This document shows positions 18,058 through 27,022 of a DNA stretch of 64,000 nucleotides, piece after piece; the stretch's first letter is position 1, and each line of letters starts with the position of its first letter. The position numbers were made by a program, and so were the translations under genes. The notes below the pieces were generated by a model. That model did no database searches and was not told the DNA's origin. It worked only from the letters and a program-made list of their open reading frames with translations. The stretch comes from Candidatus Omnitrophota bacterium (GTDB lineage: Bacteria > Omnitrophota > Gorgyraeia > Duberdicusellales > 4484-171). The stretch lies in the NCBI GenBank assembly GCA_037146775.1, contig JBAWWL010000006.1, forward strand, positions 79,120 through 143,119, written 5' to 3'.

Positions 18058-19101
18058 TTATTTAGTAATGAGGTATTCGGCAATTTGCACTGCATTAGAT
18101 GCGGCGCCTTTTAAAAGGTTGTCGGCGACAACCCATAACCAAAGGCCATTTTTAACGAAAGGGTCTTTGCGGATACGCCCGACAAATACTTCATCTTTAC
18201 CCTCCGCGTCCTTGGGCATTGGATAAAGACTTTTCTTGACATCGTCAACCAAAATAATGCCGGGAGCTTTTGAAAATAAACTCTTTACCTTGTCTGGAGT
18301 GATAGTTTTTGCGGTTTCAATGTATACAGCTTCGGAATGCCCTGTTCTCACCGGCACCCTTACGGTAGTAGCTGAAATTTTAATCTTATTGTCGTGCATT
18401 ATTTTATGTGTTTCCTTGACTAACTTCCATTCTTCACTGGTATAATCAGCGTCCGAGAACCCTCCGATATGCGGAAAAACATTATAGGCGAGCTGCTGCG
18501 GCATTGCTCTTTCAGAGGACAAATTACAGAAAATAGAATTCTGACTTCTGTCTTCTGACTTCTGACTTCTCAAGACTATTTCTTTATTTTCCCTCCAAAG
18601 CTGCTCTACCGCATTCTTGCCTGCCCCGGAAGAAGCCTGCAGAGTGGTAACGATTACTCTTTTGATTCCAACTTTTTTATGAATTGGCCAAAGAGCTACC
18701 ACCATCTGAATTGTTGAACAATTAGGATTAGCAATGATACCTTTATGTTTTTTTATATCTTTGGCGTTTACTTCCGGCACGACCAGAGGAACGTCTTTCT
18801 GCATACGAAAGTCCGCTCCGTTGTCAATCACTACAGCGCCACATTTAACTGCACTCGCCGCATAAGTGGCTGCCGCGCCTTTTTCGCCTTCGGTGCCGGC
18901 AAATAATGCAATATCAATACCCTTAAAAGCATCGTCTGAAATAGCCTCAACATTGTATGATTGCCCGTCAACATCAATAGTACGGCTGGTGCGCGCAAAG
19001 ACTTTCAAGGCAGCAATCGGGAAATTACGCCGCCTTAGGCAGCGTAACATTTCAATGCCGACCACGCCCACGCCTACTACCGCAACATTATATTTCTTCA
19101 T
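18058..19101 (-). CDS. asd: aspartate-semialdehyde dehydrogenase
   Basis: NAD(P) Rossmann N-terminus (VAVVGVGVVG) and active-site Cys in NPNCSTI. It carries an in-frame heptamer-repeat insertion (RSQKSEDRSQNS) at 18538..18572. Confidence 0.92.
   Translation of the reverse strand: MKKYNVAVVGVGVVGIEMLRCLRRRNFPIAALKVFARTSRTIDVDGQSYNVEAISDDAFKGIDIALFAGTEGEKGAAATYAASAVKCGAVVIDNGADFRMQKDVPLVVPEVNAKDIKKHKGIIANPNCSTIQMVVALWPIHKKVGIKRVIVTTLQASSGAGKNAVEQLWRENKEIVLRSQKSEDRSQNSIFCNLSSERAMPQQLAYNVFPHIGGFSDADYTSEEWKLVKETHKIMHDNKIKISATTVRVPVRTGHSEAVYIETAKTITPDKVKSLFSKAPGIILVDDVKKSLYPMPKDAEGKDEVFVGRIRKDPFVKNGLWLWVVADNLLKGAASNAVQIAEYLITK
18538..18572. repeat. heptanucleotide tandem repeat (CTTCTGA-like, 5 units) inside asd
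   Basis: ATTCTGA CTTCTGT CTTCTGA CTTCTGA CTTCTCA. This is the same heptamer as the apbE 5' array. Confidence 0.85.
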
Positions 19102-19147
19102 ACTGTATCCTTTCTCTTGACGGACGACTTACGTACGTCCCTACATA

Positions 19148-19600
19148 CTATTTTTCGTACAATAAAACTTCGTCTTTATCTTTATCGATCGTTTCCAATA
19201 AAGCCTTATCGCTTGTTCGATAATATTTCATTAAATCATCCGTGAGCTTAAGCATAGCATCCGCATAGCGCAACATTCGCTCTTTAGACGAAACGTTTTC
19301 CTCTGCCACGATCTCCTTTCTGTATATCTCGGTAACAGTCTTGGCCGCCTCAACTATTTTCAAACAATCTTCACCGCTATAGCCTCGGCCCTCAAGATCT
19401 TCGGCGTAAGTAATAAGCCATCGCGGAGAAAACCGCGCATTATATACTGCTTCATCCTGCGCCCGCTGGGCCTCCTCGATATCTTCTTCAACCTGCGGCC
19501 AAACCGTAGCACTTAAACCAAGCAAAGCCACACAGATACTCGAAACGATAAAAACTTTTTTCATGGATAGCCCCTCCCACTTGCTAATTTTTTGAAGCAA
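19148..19600 (-). CDS. hypothetical secreted helical protein (CPRWL-motif family, short paralog)
   Basis: Signal peptide (real start probably MKKVFIVSSICVALLGLSA near 19564). Motifs ARFSPRWLITYAEDLEG and ERMLRYADAMLKL are shared with the neighbouring ORF. Confidence 0.5.
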   Translation of the reverse strand: MLQKISKWEGLSMKKVFIVSSICVALLGLSATVWPQVEEDIEEAQRAQDEAVYNARFSPRWLITYAEDLEGRGYSGEDCLKIVEAAKTVTEIYRKEIVAEENVSSKERMLRYADAMLKLTDDLMKYYRTSDKALLETIDKDKDEVLLYEK

Positions 19601-20519
19601 GATAATCGGCGATTTCTTTTTCTTTGGCCAATGCCTCTTTCTGGAATTTTAAAGCATCGACAGCAATACTTTCATTACCTGTTTTATACGCTTCGACCAA
19701 CCCTTGAGCATAATTGACCATCGCCGTTATGTAGGCCGCATATTTATCGCGTAAGACCGTATCGTTGGTTCCCGCCGTAACTTCTTTTCCGAAAACTTTG
19801 CTGATATCGGTTGAAGCCTGGGCGGCAATTGTACACTCTCCACACACAATGCCTTTTTTCGAAGACGCCTGTTTTGTAAGCTGAAGTTTATCGGCATAAA
19901 GTGATTCGCTAAGCGTCGTGAGCCAGCGAGGACACATTCCCATTGAAAGGCGCAGCATCGTATCATCATTGGCTGCCAATGGTTCTCGCAATAATTTTTC
20001 TATAATGGCATTATACCTTGCCGCATCTTCAAGATATTTTTTAGCTACGTTCCCCGCTCCGGTATCAGCACTTTTATAAGATCGTATCTGGTTATCGGCT
20101 GCCTGGATAAGTAATCGTACGTAACGTAGCATGTCTTCTTTCAATCCCAAATCCTTAATGCCCACCATATAGGCGTCTTTCTCCGTTTTTACTTTCATCA
20201 GCTCTTTTTCGACCAACTCCAAAAGGCCTTTTGCCGATTGCGCTATTGACGTAGCGTCGCTAATTTTACCTTTAGCATGGAGGTAGCTGCTTAGCGCAAG
20301 AAGGTAACGCGGACAGGCAAATTTTGCGTTTACTAACGCATACTCCATAGCCACCACGGCATCTTCTATGGTTTTTTTGGATCGCAGGGCCTCGTCTTTC
20401 GCACTCGTGGAGTCGGTAACAGGCTTAGCGGTATCTATGTTTTGCGGCTGCGCGGTATATACATAGCATAATGAGCATAAAAAAAAGGCATATATTAGAT
20501 AATTACTTTTCTTTTTCAT
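19584..20519 (-). CDS. hypothetical secreted helical protein (CPRWL-motif family, duplicated domain)
   Basis: 311 aa with a signal peptide. The motif appears twice (AKFACPRYLLALSSYL and GMCPRWLTTLSESL), plus EDMLRYVRLLIQ. Confidence 0.5.
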   Translation of the reverse strand: MKKKSNYLIYAFFLCSLCYVYTAQPQNIDTAKPVTDSTSAKDEALRSKKTIEDAVVAMEYALVNAKFACPRYLLALSSYLHAKGKISDATSIAQSAKGLLELVEKELMKVKTEKDAYMVGIKDLGLKEDMLRYVRLLIQAADNQIRSYKSADTGAGNVAKKYLEDAARYNAIIEKLLREPLAANDDTMLRLSMGMCPRWLTTLSESLYADKLQLTKQASSKKGIVCGECTIAAQASTDISKVFGKEVTAGTNDTVLRDKYAAYITAMVNYAQGLVEAYKTGNESIAVDALKFQKEALAKEKEIADYLASKN

Positions 20520-20583
20520 CTATCCTCCTTTTTTATGCACTACGGCACACCAATGGCCGAAAAATTAGCGCAGCAAGAAACAG

Positions 20584-21663
20584 TTATCGTAATTCTTTTA
20601 CCGTAAGATCGCCGACCTCTTCGGTGGAATATCCCATTTTTCCTGCGGCGAGGCTCTTAAGCTTTTTCGTAACAACCGTAATCACGGCTTTCTCAATGGC
20701 CTGCGCAGCTTTCACTTCACCTATATGTTCAAGCAACATTGCCATAGCGCAAATAGCCGCTAAAGGATTGATAACATTCTTGCCTGTATATTTAGGAGCA
20801 CTGCCTCCGATAGGTTCAAACATAGACACGCCATCCGGGTTAATGTTGCCTCCCGCAGCAATACCCATCCCGCCCTGGATCATGGCACCCAAATCCGTGA
20901 TAATATCTCCAAACATGTTATCCGTAACAATAACATCAAACCATTCAGGATTCTTTACAAACCACATCGTCGTTGCGTCGACATGCGCGTAATCGGTGGT
21001 AATGTCCGGGTACTCTTTGGCAACTTCCATAAAAGTACGCTGCCACAGATCCCACGCATACGTCAATACATTAGTTTTGCCGCAAAGCGTCAGCTTTTTC
21101 TTCTTATTGCGCTTTCTGGTATATTCAAACGCGTAACGGATACAACGCTCGACGCCTTTACGGGTGTTGTACGAAATTTGGATAGCCACTTCATCACGAG
21201 TGCCCTTATTCTTAAACTCCCCCATACCCTTATAAAGACCTTCTGAATTCTCGCGTATCACCACAAAATCGATATCTTGAGGTGTTTTATCCTTAAGCGG
21301 GCAAAATGCCGAATTATACAAGGCAACCGGCCTAAGATTAATATACTGATCCAAAGAAAAACGTAATTTCAACAGTATCCCTGTTTCTAAAATACCCGGC
21401 TTTACGTCAGGATGCCCTATGGCTCCCAGATAAATTGCCTGATATCTTTTCAATTCTTTAATATCCTCGTCTTCCAGTGTTTTTCCGGTTTTAAGATAGC
21501 GTTCACCGCCGAAATCAAACTGTTTAGCTTCATAGGTAAAACCAAACTTGGAACTTGCGGCCTGTAATACCTTTAAACCCTGGGCAATGACCTCGGGGCC
21601 GGTACCGTCGCCAGGAATAACCGCGATGCTATACTTGTTGCCCATAATATTAGTTCTCCTCAA
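20584..21663 (-). CDS. leuB: 3-isopropylmalate dehydrogenase family protein (LeuB-like)
   Basis: Isocitrate/isopropylmalate dehydrogenase fold: VIPGDGTGPEV, IRENSEGLY, TDNMFGDIITDLGA. It is adjacent to leuCD. The real start is probably MGNKY at 21645, with RBS GAGGAG. Confidence 0.75.
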   Translation of the reverse strand: MRRTNIMGNKYSIAVIPGDGTGPEVIAQGLKVLQAASSKFGFTYEAKQFDFGGERYLKTGKTLEDEDIKELKRYQAIYLGAIGHPDVKPGILETGILLKLRFSLDQYINLRPVALYNSAFCPLKDKTPQDIDFVVIRENSEGLYKGMGEFKNKGTRDEVAIQISYNTRKGVERCIRYAFEYTRKRNKKKKLTLCGKTNVLTYAWDLWQRTFMEVAKEYPDITTDYAHVDATTMWFVKNPEWFDVIVTDNMFGDIITDLGAMIQGGMGIAAGGNINPDGVSMFEPIGGSAPKYTGKNVINPLAAICAMAMLLEHIGEVKAAQAIEKAVITVVTKKLKSLAAGKMGYSTEEVGDLTVKELR

Positions 21664-21910
21664 TCCATTTAATAGATTCTTTATTCAAGAAAATAGTGGC
21701 ACGTTTTTTGGTCAGGAAATTAAGCAACTGGAACGAATGCACTTCCTTGACATTTTGAAACTCCGCCTCGGTCATCACCAGAAAATCGCCCTTCATCGCA
21801 TTAAGATAATCAATCAAGCGAAAACCTTCGTCGATATAGACGTATCCTTTCGCAAAACTGCCGTCGATACAAAATACGCACACTTTACATTTAATCTTTG
21901 GCACCTTCAT
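21650..21910 (-). CDS. small Cys-containing hypothetical protein (86 aa) between leuD and leuB
   Basis: Strong SD (AAAGGAGGG, 8 nt upstream of the ATG at 21910). Motif CKVCVFC. The stop lies 5 nt before the leuB ATG. It overlaps the leuD 3' end by 20 nt in another frame. Confidence 0.45.
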   Translation of the reverse strand: MKVPKIKCKVCVFCIDGSFAKGYVYIDEGFRLIDYLNAMKGDFLVMTEAEFQNVKEVHSFQLLNFLTKKRATIFLNKESIKWIEEN

Positions 21911-22403
21911 TGCGCTTGCCCTCCTTTAACTTTACCCAACTCGTAAGCCCCTGCGCTTTCACTATGTCTTGCAAAAATACAGGAAAAGACTGTGCGCGAT
22001 ACTCCCGACCCTTTGTAAGATTCTTTATTATACCCTTTGATAAATCTATTTCAAGCATATCGTTTTGTGCAATATCAGCTGTCTCGCGGATCTCAAGAAT
22101 AGGTAGCCCCCTGTTAATAGCGTTCCTAAAAAATATCCTAGCAAAGCTGGAAGCAATAACCGCAGTTACACCGCAACCCTTAATACTCACCGGAGCATGT
22201 TCTCTGCTTGAACCGGAACCAAAATTATTGCCGGCAACAATAATATCGCCGGGTGTAACTTTCTTGACAAAATCCGGCTGGATGTTTTCCATACATTTTG
22301 AACCCAAAAACTTCTCATCTTGAGAATCAAGATATTTAGCCGCGATAATATCGTCGGTATTTATATTATTGCCAAAAATATGTGCTTTTCCTTTAAGGAT
22401 CAT
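21891..22403 (-). CDS. leuD: 3-isopropylmalate dehydratase small subunit (short archaeal/Thermotoga-type LeuD)
   Basis: 170 aa aconitase swivel domain (GNNFGSGSSREHAP). Confidence 0.8.
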   Translation of the reverse strand: MILKGKAHIFGNNINTDDIIAAKYLDSQDEKFLGSKCMENIQPDFVKKVTPGDIIVAGNNFGSGSSREHAPVSIKGCGVTAVIASSFARIFFRNAINRGLPILEIRETADIAQNDMLEIDLSKGIIKNLTKGREYRAQSFPVFLQDIVKAQGLTSWVKLKEGKRNEGAKD

Positions 22404-22422
22404 AGTATTCCGGATTCAAGTT

Positions 22423-23697
22423 CTAGTTAATCTCTTCGGGATGCGTAATGCGCCCTTTAAGCGCGCTTGAAGCGGCTACCGCCGGGGAACTTAGATAGAC
22501 AAAACTTTCCGGATGCCCCATTCTACCGACAAAATTCCTATTAGTGGTAGCTAGCGCCACTTCCCCTTTATCTAAAATACCCATATGCCCGCCCAAACAG
22601 GGGCCGCAGGTAGGAGGGCACACCATGCATCCGGCTTCCACAAACACTCTCATCAGCCCTTCTTTTTCTGCCTGTAAGGAAATCTGCGGAGTTGCCGGTA
22701 ACACCACAACCCGTAAACCTTTCTTAACCTTTTTGCCTTTTAAAATAGCGGCGGCAATCCTTAAGTCGGTGATTCTGCCGTTCGTACAAGAACCGATAAC
22801 CACCTGGTCTATCTTCACACCAGCCAGCGCACTTACCGGTTTTGTATTGCTAGGTAAATGCGGACAAGAAACTACCGGCTCAAGTTTGGTCACATCTATC
22901 TCGATTACTTGCTCATAAACCGCATCCTTGTCGCTCTTCAGGCGCTTCATAGCATCTGTAACCCGCAAAGCATTGTGAGTGATTTTTTTTAGGTATGAAA
23001 ATGTTACTGCGTCAGGCTCGACCACTCCGGTTTTCGCTCCAGCTTCAACAGCCATATTCGTCATGGTCAGCCGATCATCCATCCCAAGCGTCTTCACCAG
23101 CGGGCCGCCAAATTCCATTACCTTATACAATGCGCCGTCCACGCCGATAGTGCCAATAGTATGTAAAATTAAATCTTTGCCGCCAACCCACTTCTTTAAT
23201 TTTCCTTTATAGATAAATTTCAGAGTACGCGGAACTTTAAACCAACATTTCCCTTCCTTCATGGCTACCGCCAAATCCGTAGACCCAACCCCAAAGGCCG
23301 CGGCTCCTATCGCACCCAATGTGCAAGTATGCGAGTCGGCCCCCACCACGAGACACCCCGGCCGCACCAATGCTTGCTCGAGCAAAAAAATATGCTCAAC
23401 ACCGCAACGGTTAATATCGAAGAAATTCTTAATGCGATACTGCCGAGCAAATGACTGTAACACTTTTACATTGTTTGCCGCCTTTAAATCTCTTGCGGGA
23501 AGAAAATGATCACAGATAAAACCTATTTTTTTAGTATCAAAAACAGAATCAAAACCGACCTTGCAAAACTCCTTCACCGCCAAAGGCGCGGTAATGTCGT
23601 TGCCGAAACAAAAATCTACTTTCGTATAGACAAAATCTCCCAACGACTTCTGCATGGAGGCTCTTAAAAGTATTTTTTCTACGATCGTCAAACCCAT
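22423..23697 (-). CDS. leuC: 3-isopropylmalate dehydratase large subunit (short-type LeuC)
   Basis: 424 aa aconitase catalytic domain with Fe-S cysteines (GSCTNGR, CPPTCGPCLG). Confidence 0.8.
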   Translation of the reverse strand: MGLTIVEKILLRASMQKSLGDFVYTKVDFCFGNDITAPLAVKEFCKVGFDSVFDTKKIGFICDHFLPARDLKAANNVKVLQSFARQYRIKNFFDINRCGVEHIFLLEQALVRPGCLVVGADSHTCTLGAIGAAAFGVGSTDLAVAMKEGKCWFKVPRTLKFIYKGKLKKWVGGKDLILHTIGTIGVDGALYKVMEFGGPLVKTLGMDDRLTMTNMAVEAGAKTGVVEPDAVTFSYLKKITHNALRVTDAMKRLKSDKDAVYEQVIEIDVTKLEPVVSCPHLPSNTKPVSALAGVKIDQVVIGSCTNGRITDLRIAAAILKGKKVKKGLRVVVLPATPQISLQAEKEGLMRVFVEAGCMVCPPTCGPCLGGHMGILDKGEVALATTNRNFVGRMGHPESFVYLSSPAVAASSALKGRITHPEEIN

Positions 23698-23710
23698 ATT
23701 TTTGTATTAT

Positions 23711-24952
23711 TTATTTCTTGAACTTTTTGACAAGAAGCGTAGCGTTGTGACCGCCAAAACCTAAAGAATTGGAAAGGGCGATCTCAAGATCCGCCTGTTT
23801 CGCCTTGTTCGGGGTATAATCCAAATCACACTCCGGGTCAGAATGTTCATAGTTGATCGTGGGCGGAATAACTTTCTCTATCAAAGACTGGCAAATTACA
23901 ATAAATTCTATAGCGCCTGCAGCACCGAGGGTATGACCGGTCATAGACTTGGTAGAGCTTATATGAATGTTCGTTGGGTTATTACCAAACACTTTCTTTA
24001 TGGCTAATGTCTCGGTCTTATCGTTAAGCTGGGTACTGGTACCATGCGCATTAATATACATCTTTTCGTGAACGGAAACTTCGCCTTCCTTCAGGGCAAA
24101 TTCCATTGCTCGCGCGGCAGACTCGCCTTCCGGATCGGGCGCGGTAATATGATATGCATCGCAAGTAGCGCCATAACCGCATATTTCTCCATAGATAGTC
24201 GCGCCTCGAGATAGCGCGTGTTCCATGGTTTCTAAAACTACAATTCCTGAACCTTCCGCTATGACGAAACCATCTCTTTCCCTGTCAAAAGGACGACTCG
24301 CATGCTGGGGATCATCATTACGTTTAGAAAGCGCTCTGAGGGCACAAAATCCTCCCACCCCCATCGCGGTAATACAGGCTTCCGCGCCACCGCAAACCAT
24401 CACGTCAGCGCGCCCGTGTTTTACTATCGCATACGCTTCGCCGATCGCATGGGCACCGGAAGCACACGCCGTCACTGTGCAAAAATTTATCCCTTTTAGA
24501 TGATTATACAAGGCTACCGCTCCCGCTGCTTCGTTGGTAATAAGCGTCGGTATCAAAAACGGAGAAATTCTACTCGGGCCTTTCTGCAAATAAGCAAAGC
24601 ATTCGCTCTCGACAACCTGCAAACACCCGATCCCCGAACCGATGATGACTCCTATACGATAGGGATCAATAGTCTTTAGATCTACTCCGCTGGTTTTGAG
24701 AGCTTCTTCGGTGGCCTTAAGTGCAAATTGAACAACACGAGGAGTTCTTTTTATATCTTTCGGCAAGATAAAGGCAGGGGGAACAAAATCTTTCGCTTCT
24801 CCCGCAATCCGAGAATCAAATTTGCTTGCATCAAATTGCGTAATACAGCCAATGCCGCTCTTACCGTTAACGAGCGAATGCCAAAAAGATGATAACCCTA
24901 TACCCACGGGCGATACTACCCCGTAGCCAGTAACTACAACTCTTCTCTCCAT
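23711..24952 (-). CDS. fabF: 3-oxoacyl-ACP synthase II
   Basis: KAS catalytic triad: Cys in TACASGAH, His in HGTSTQ, His in GHTLGAAG. Confidence 0.93.
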   Translation of the reverse strand: MERRVVVTGYGVVSPVGIGLSSFWHSLVNGKSGIGCITQFDASKFDSRIAGEAKDFVPPAFILPKDIKRTPRVVQFALKATEEALKTSGVDLKTIDPYRIGVIIGSGIGCLQVVESECFAYLQKGPSRISPFLIPTLITNEAAGAVALYNHLKGINFCTVTACASGAHAIGEAYAIVKHGRADVMVCGGAEACITAMGVGGFCALRALSKRNDDPQHASRPFDRERDGFVIAEGSGIVVLETMEHALSRGATIYGEICGYGATCDAYHITAPDPEGESAARAMEFALKEGEVSVHEKMYINAHGTSTQLNDKTETLAIKKVFGNNPTNIHISSTKSMTGHTLGAAGAIEFIVICQSLIEKVIPPTINYEHSDPECDLDYTPNKAKQADLEIALSNSLGFGGHNATLLVKKFKK

Positions 24953-24961
24953 CTAAAAGAG

Positions 24962-25207
24962 TTATCCTTCTTTCTTCTTGGCTTTTGTATCGATATATTT
25001 TACGGCTTCGCCGACAGTCGTGATCTTCTCGGCGTCCTCATCGGGAATTTCGATGCCAAACTCTTCCTCTAACGCCATAACTACTTCTACGGTATCCAGA
25101 GAATCCGCCCCTAAATCATCGACAAAGGAGCTCTCCGGTTTAATTTCCTCTTTCTTTACACCGAGCTGTTCAGCTATAATTTCCTTTACTTTCTCCTCAA
25201 CGCTCAT
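24962..25207 (-). CDS. acpP: acyl carrier protein
   Basis: 81 aa with the phosphopantetheine-attachment motif [10 protein letters not shown]. Confidence 0.95.
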   Translation of the reverse strand: MSVEEKVKEIIAEQLGVKKEEIKPESSFVDDLGADSLDTVEVVMALEEEFGIEIPDEDAEKITTVGEAVKYIDTKAKKKEG

Positions 25208-25263
25208 TGCTACCTCCTTTCTTATGCTTGTTCACCCAGATACTGTACGTGTTACTTTCCTAA

Positions 25264-25998
25264 TTAAATCATACCTCCATCAACCACTATTACCTGACCG
25301 GTAATATAATCAGCATCTGACGACGCAAGGAAAAGTACTGCCCTCGCCACATCGCCTGGCTCACCCATCCTGGCCAAAGGAATACGTTTAAGCATTTCTT
25401 CTTTTATCTTTTCGTTAAGCTTTTCGGTCATCGCGGTTCGAATATACCCGGGAGCAACCGCATTCACATTAACATTCCTCGAACCGAATTCCCGCGCCAA
25501 AGACTTTGTCAATCCAATGAGGCCGGCCTTGGAAGCGGCGTAATTTGCCTGGCCAAAATTGCCGACGATTCCGATAATAGAAGAAATATTGATAATTTTT
25601 CCGCTGCGCTGCTTTAGCATCGCCTTGTTCACTGCTTTTATACAGTTAAAGGCGCCTTTAAGATTAACCGCCAAAACCTTATCCCAATCGCTTTCAGAGA
25701 GCCGTAGCAGGAGATTATCTCTTGTAATTCCTGCATTGTTAACTAATATATCAACTCTCCCAAAGATGTCAATAATTTTATTAATATTTTTCTCTACTTC
25801 CCCGATATTGGTCACATCAACCTTTGCCCACATTGCCTCACTAACACCCTTCAACTCCGTGACCGTCTGCTCAAGCTGAACCTCGTTGACATCAAGAATA
25901 GCCACCTTGGCCTTTTCTTTGGCAAACCCGAGAGCGATTTCCTTGCCAATACCCTGGGCACCGCCGGTCACAATAACCACCTTATCTCGAAAACGCAT
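25264..25998 (-). CDS. fabG: 3-oxoacyl-ACP reductase
   Basis: SDR motifs TGGAQGIGK, NNAG and YAASKAG. Confidence 0.92.
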   Translation of the reverse strand: MRFRDKVVIVTGGAQGIGKEIALGFAKEKAKVAILDVNEVQLEQTVTELKGVSEAMWAKVDVTNIGEVEKNINKIIDIFGRVDILVNNAGITRDNLLLRLSESDWDKVLAVNLKGAFNCIKAVNKAMLKQRSGKIINISSIIGIVGNFGQANYAASKAGLIGLTKSLAREFGSRNVNVNAVAPGYIRTAMTEKLNEKIKEEMLKRIPLARMGEPGDVARAVLFLASSDADYITGQVIVVDGGMI

Positions 25999-26029
25999 CT
26001 TGTACCTCCGTTATTGAAAAAATAATGCT

Positions 26030-26926
26030 CTATATACCTGCAAGATCTTCTTTCTTTTCCACATTCACTACTTTGAGTCCGGGGTTTATTTTTCGGATTA
26101 AACCGCGCAACACCTTTGACGGACCAACCTCAAAGAAAACATCCACCCCGCTCTGCTGGAGCTTCAAGACACAGTCGTTCCATAAAACGGTTGAAGTTAA
26201 CTGGTCAAGAAGATTTTGTTTAATCTGGTCTTTATCTCGGGAGAATCCGGCGGTAACGTTACTGACTATCGGGATAAGCGCATCTTTGAAAGTAACGGTA
26301 TCAAGCACTTTTTTCAGATGCTTTTTTGCCGGCGCCATAAACGGAGAATGGAAACCACCACCCACCTCAAGCGGTATCACTCGAGCGCCCAAAGCCTCCA
26401 ATACTTCCTTTATTTTTTCTGCATCTTCTTTTTTAAAAGAAATAGCGGTCTGCGCGGAAGAATTGATATTCGCGATATAAAAACCGAGTTCTTGGCTTTT
26501 TTTGGCCAAATCCTGTCTTGTTACTCCAAGCACCGCATACATAGAAGAAGGCTCAAGTTGTGACGCCTCCTCCATGGCCCGGGCTCTCTCTTTTACGATA
26601 AAAACAAGAGCTTTCATATCAACCACGCCCGCAGGATAAAGACACGTATATTCTCCTAAACTTAAACCGGATAAAAAATCTATGGCGATCTTTTTTTCTT
26701 TAAAAAGTTCGTAACTAACCAGTGAGGTAGCTAAAATAGCCAATTGCTGAGTTTCGGTTTTTTTTAATACTTCGCTGCTACCCTCAAAACAAACTTGCGA
26801 AATCTTAAAACCCAAAACACTATCAATGTAGTCAAAAGTTTCTTTCGCTCTGGGAAAAGCGTCATAAAGATCTTTGCCCATCCCCTGATATTGCGCACCT
26901 TGCCCGGGAAATACTATAGCTTTCAT
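26030..26926 (-). CDS. fabD: malonyl-CoA:ACP transacylase
   Basis: FPGQGAQYQGMG and active-site Ser in GLSLGEY. Confidence 0.92.
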   Translation of the reverse strand: MKAIVFPGQGAQYQGMGKDLYDAFPRAKETFDYIDSVLGFKISQVCFEGSSEVLKKTETQQLAILATSLVSYELFKEKKIAIDFLSGLSLGEYTCLYPAGVVDMKALVFIVKERARAMEEASQLEPSSMYAVLGVTRQDLAKKSQELGFYIANINSSAQTAISFKKEDAEKIKEVLEALGARVIPLEVGGGFHSPFMAPAKKHLKKVLDTVTFKDALIPIVSNVTAGFSRDKDQIKQNLLDQLTSTVLWNDCVLKLQQSGVDVFFEVGPSKVLRGLIRKINPGLKVVNVEKKEDLAGI

Positions 26927-26992
26927 TTTTTATTGTTCAGAGCTCAACGTTCGATGTTCAGTGAAATAGTAAACTCCTTAGTTCTTCGACAT

Positions 26993-27018
26993 TGAACGTT
27001 CAACGTTAAACGTTGAAC
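26993..27018. promoter_or_regulatory. palindromic operator-like site inside the fab operon (TGAACGTTCA; GTTCAACGTT-A-AACGTTGAAC)
   Basis: A perfect 10+1+10 palindrome at 26998..27018 overlaps the TGAACGTTCA palindrome at 26993..27002. AACGTT occurs four times across 26945..27015, in the fabH-fabD intergenic gap. Confidence 0.4.
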
Positions 27019-27022
27019 CTAC

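Noticed and set aside
20471-20992. 173 aa plus-strand ORF
   Set aside because: Antisense shadow ORF inside leuB.
23698-23710. T-box, attenuator or leader peptide upstream of leuC
   Set aside because: Only 13 bp separate the fabF stop from the leuC start, so there is no room for any leader structure.
26025-26563. 151 and 115 aa plus-strand ORFs
   Set aside because: Antisense within fabD. Shadow ORFs.
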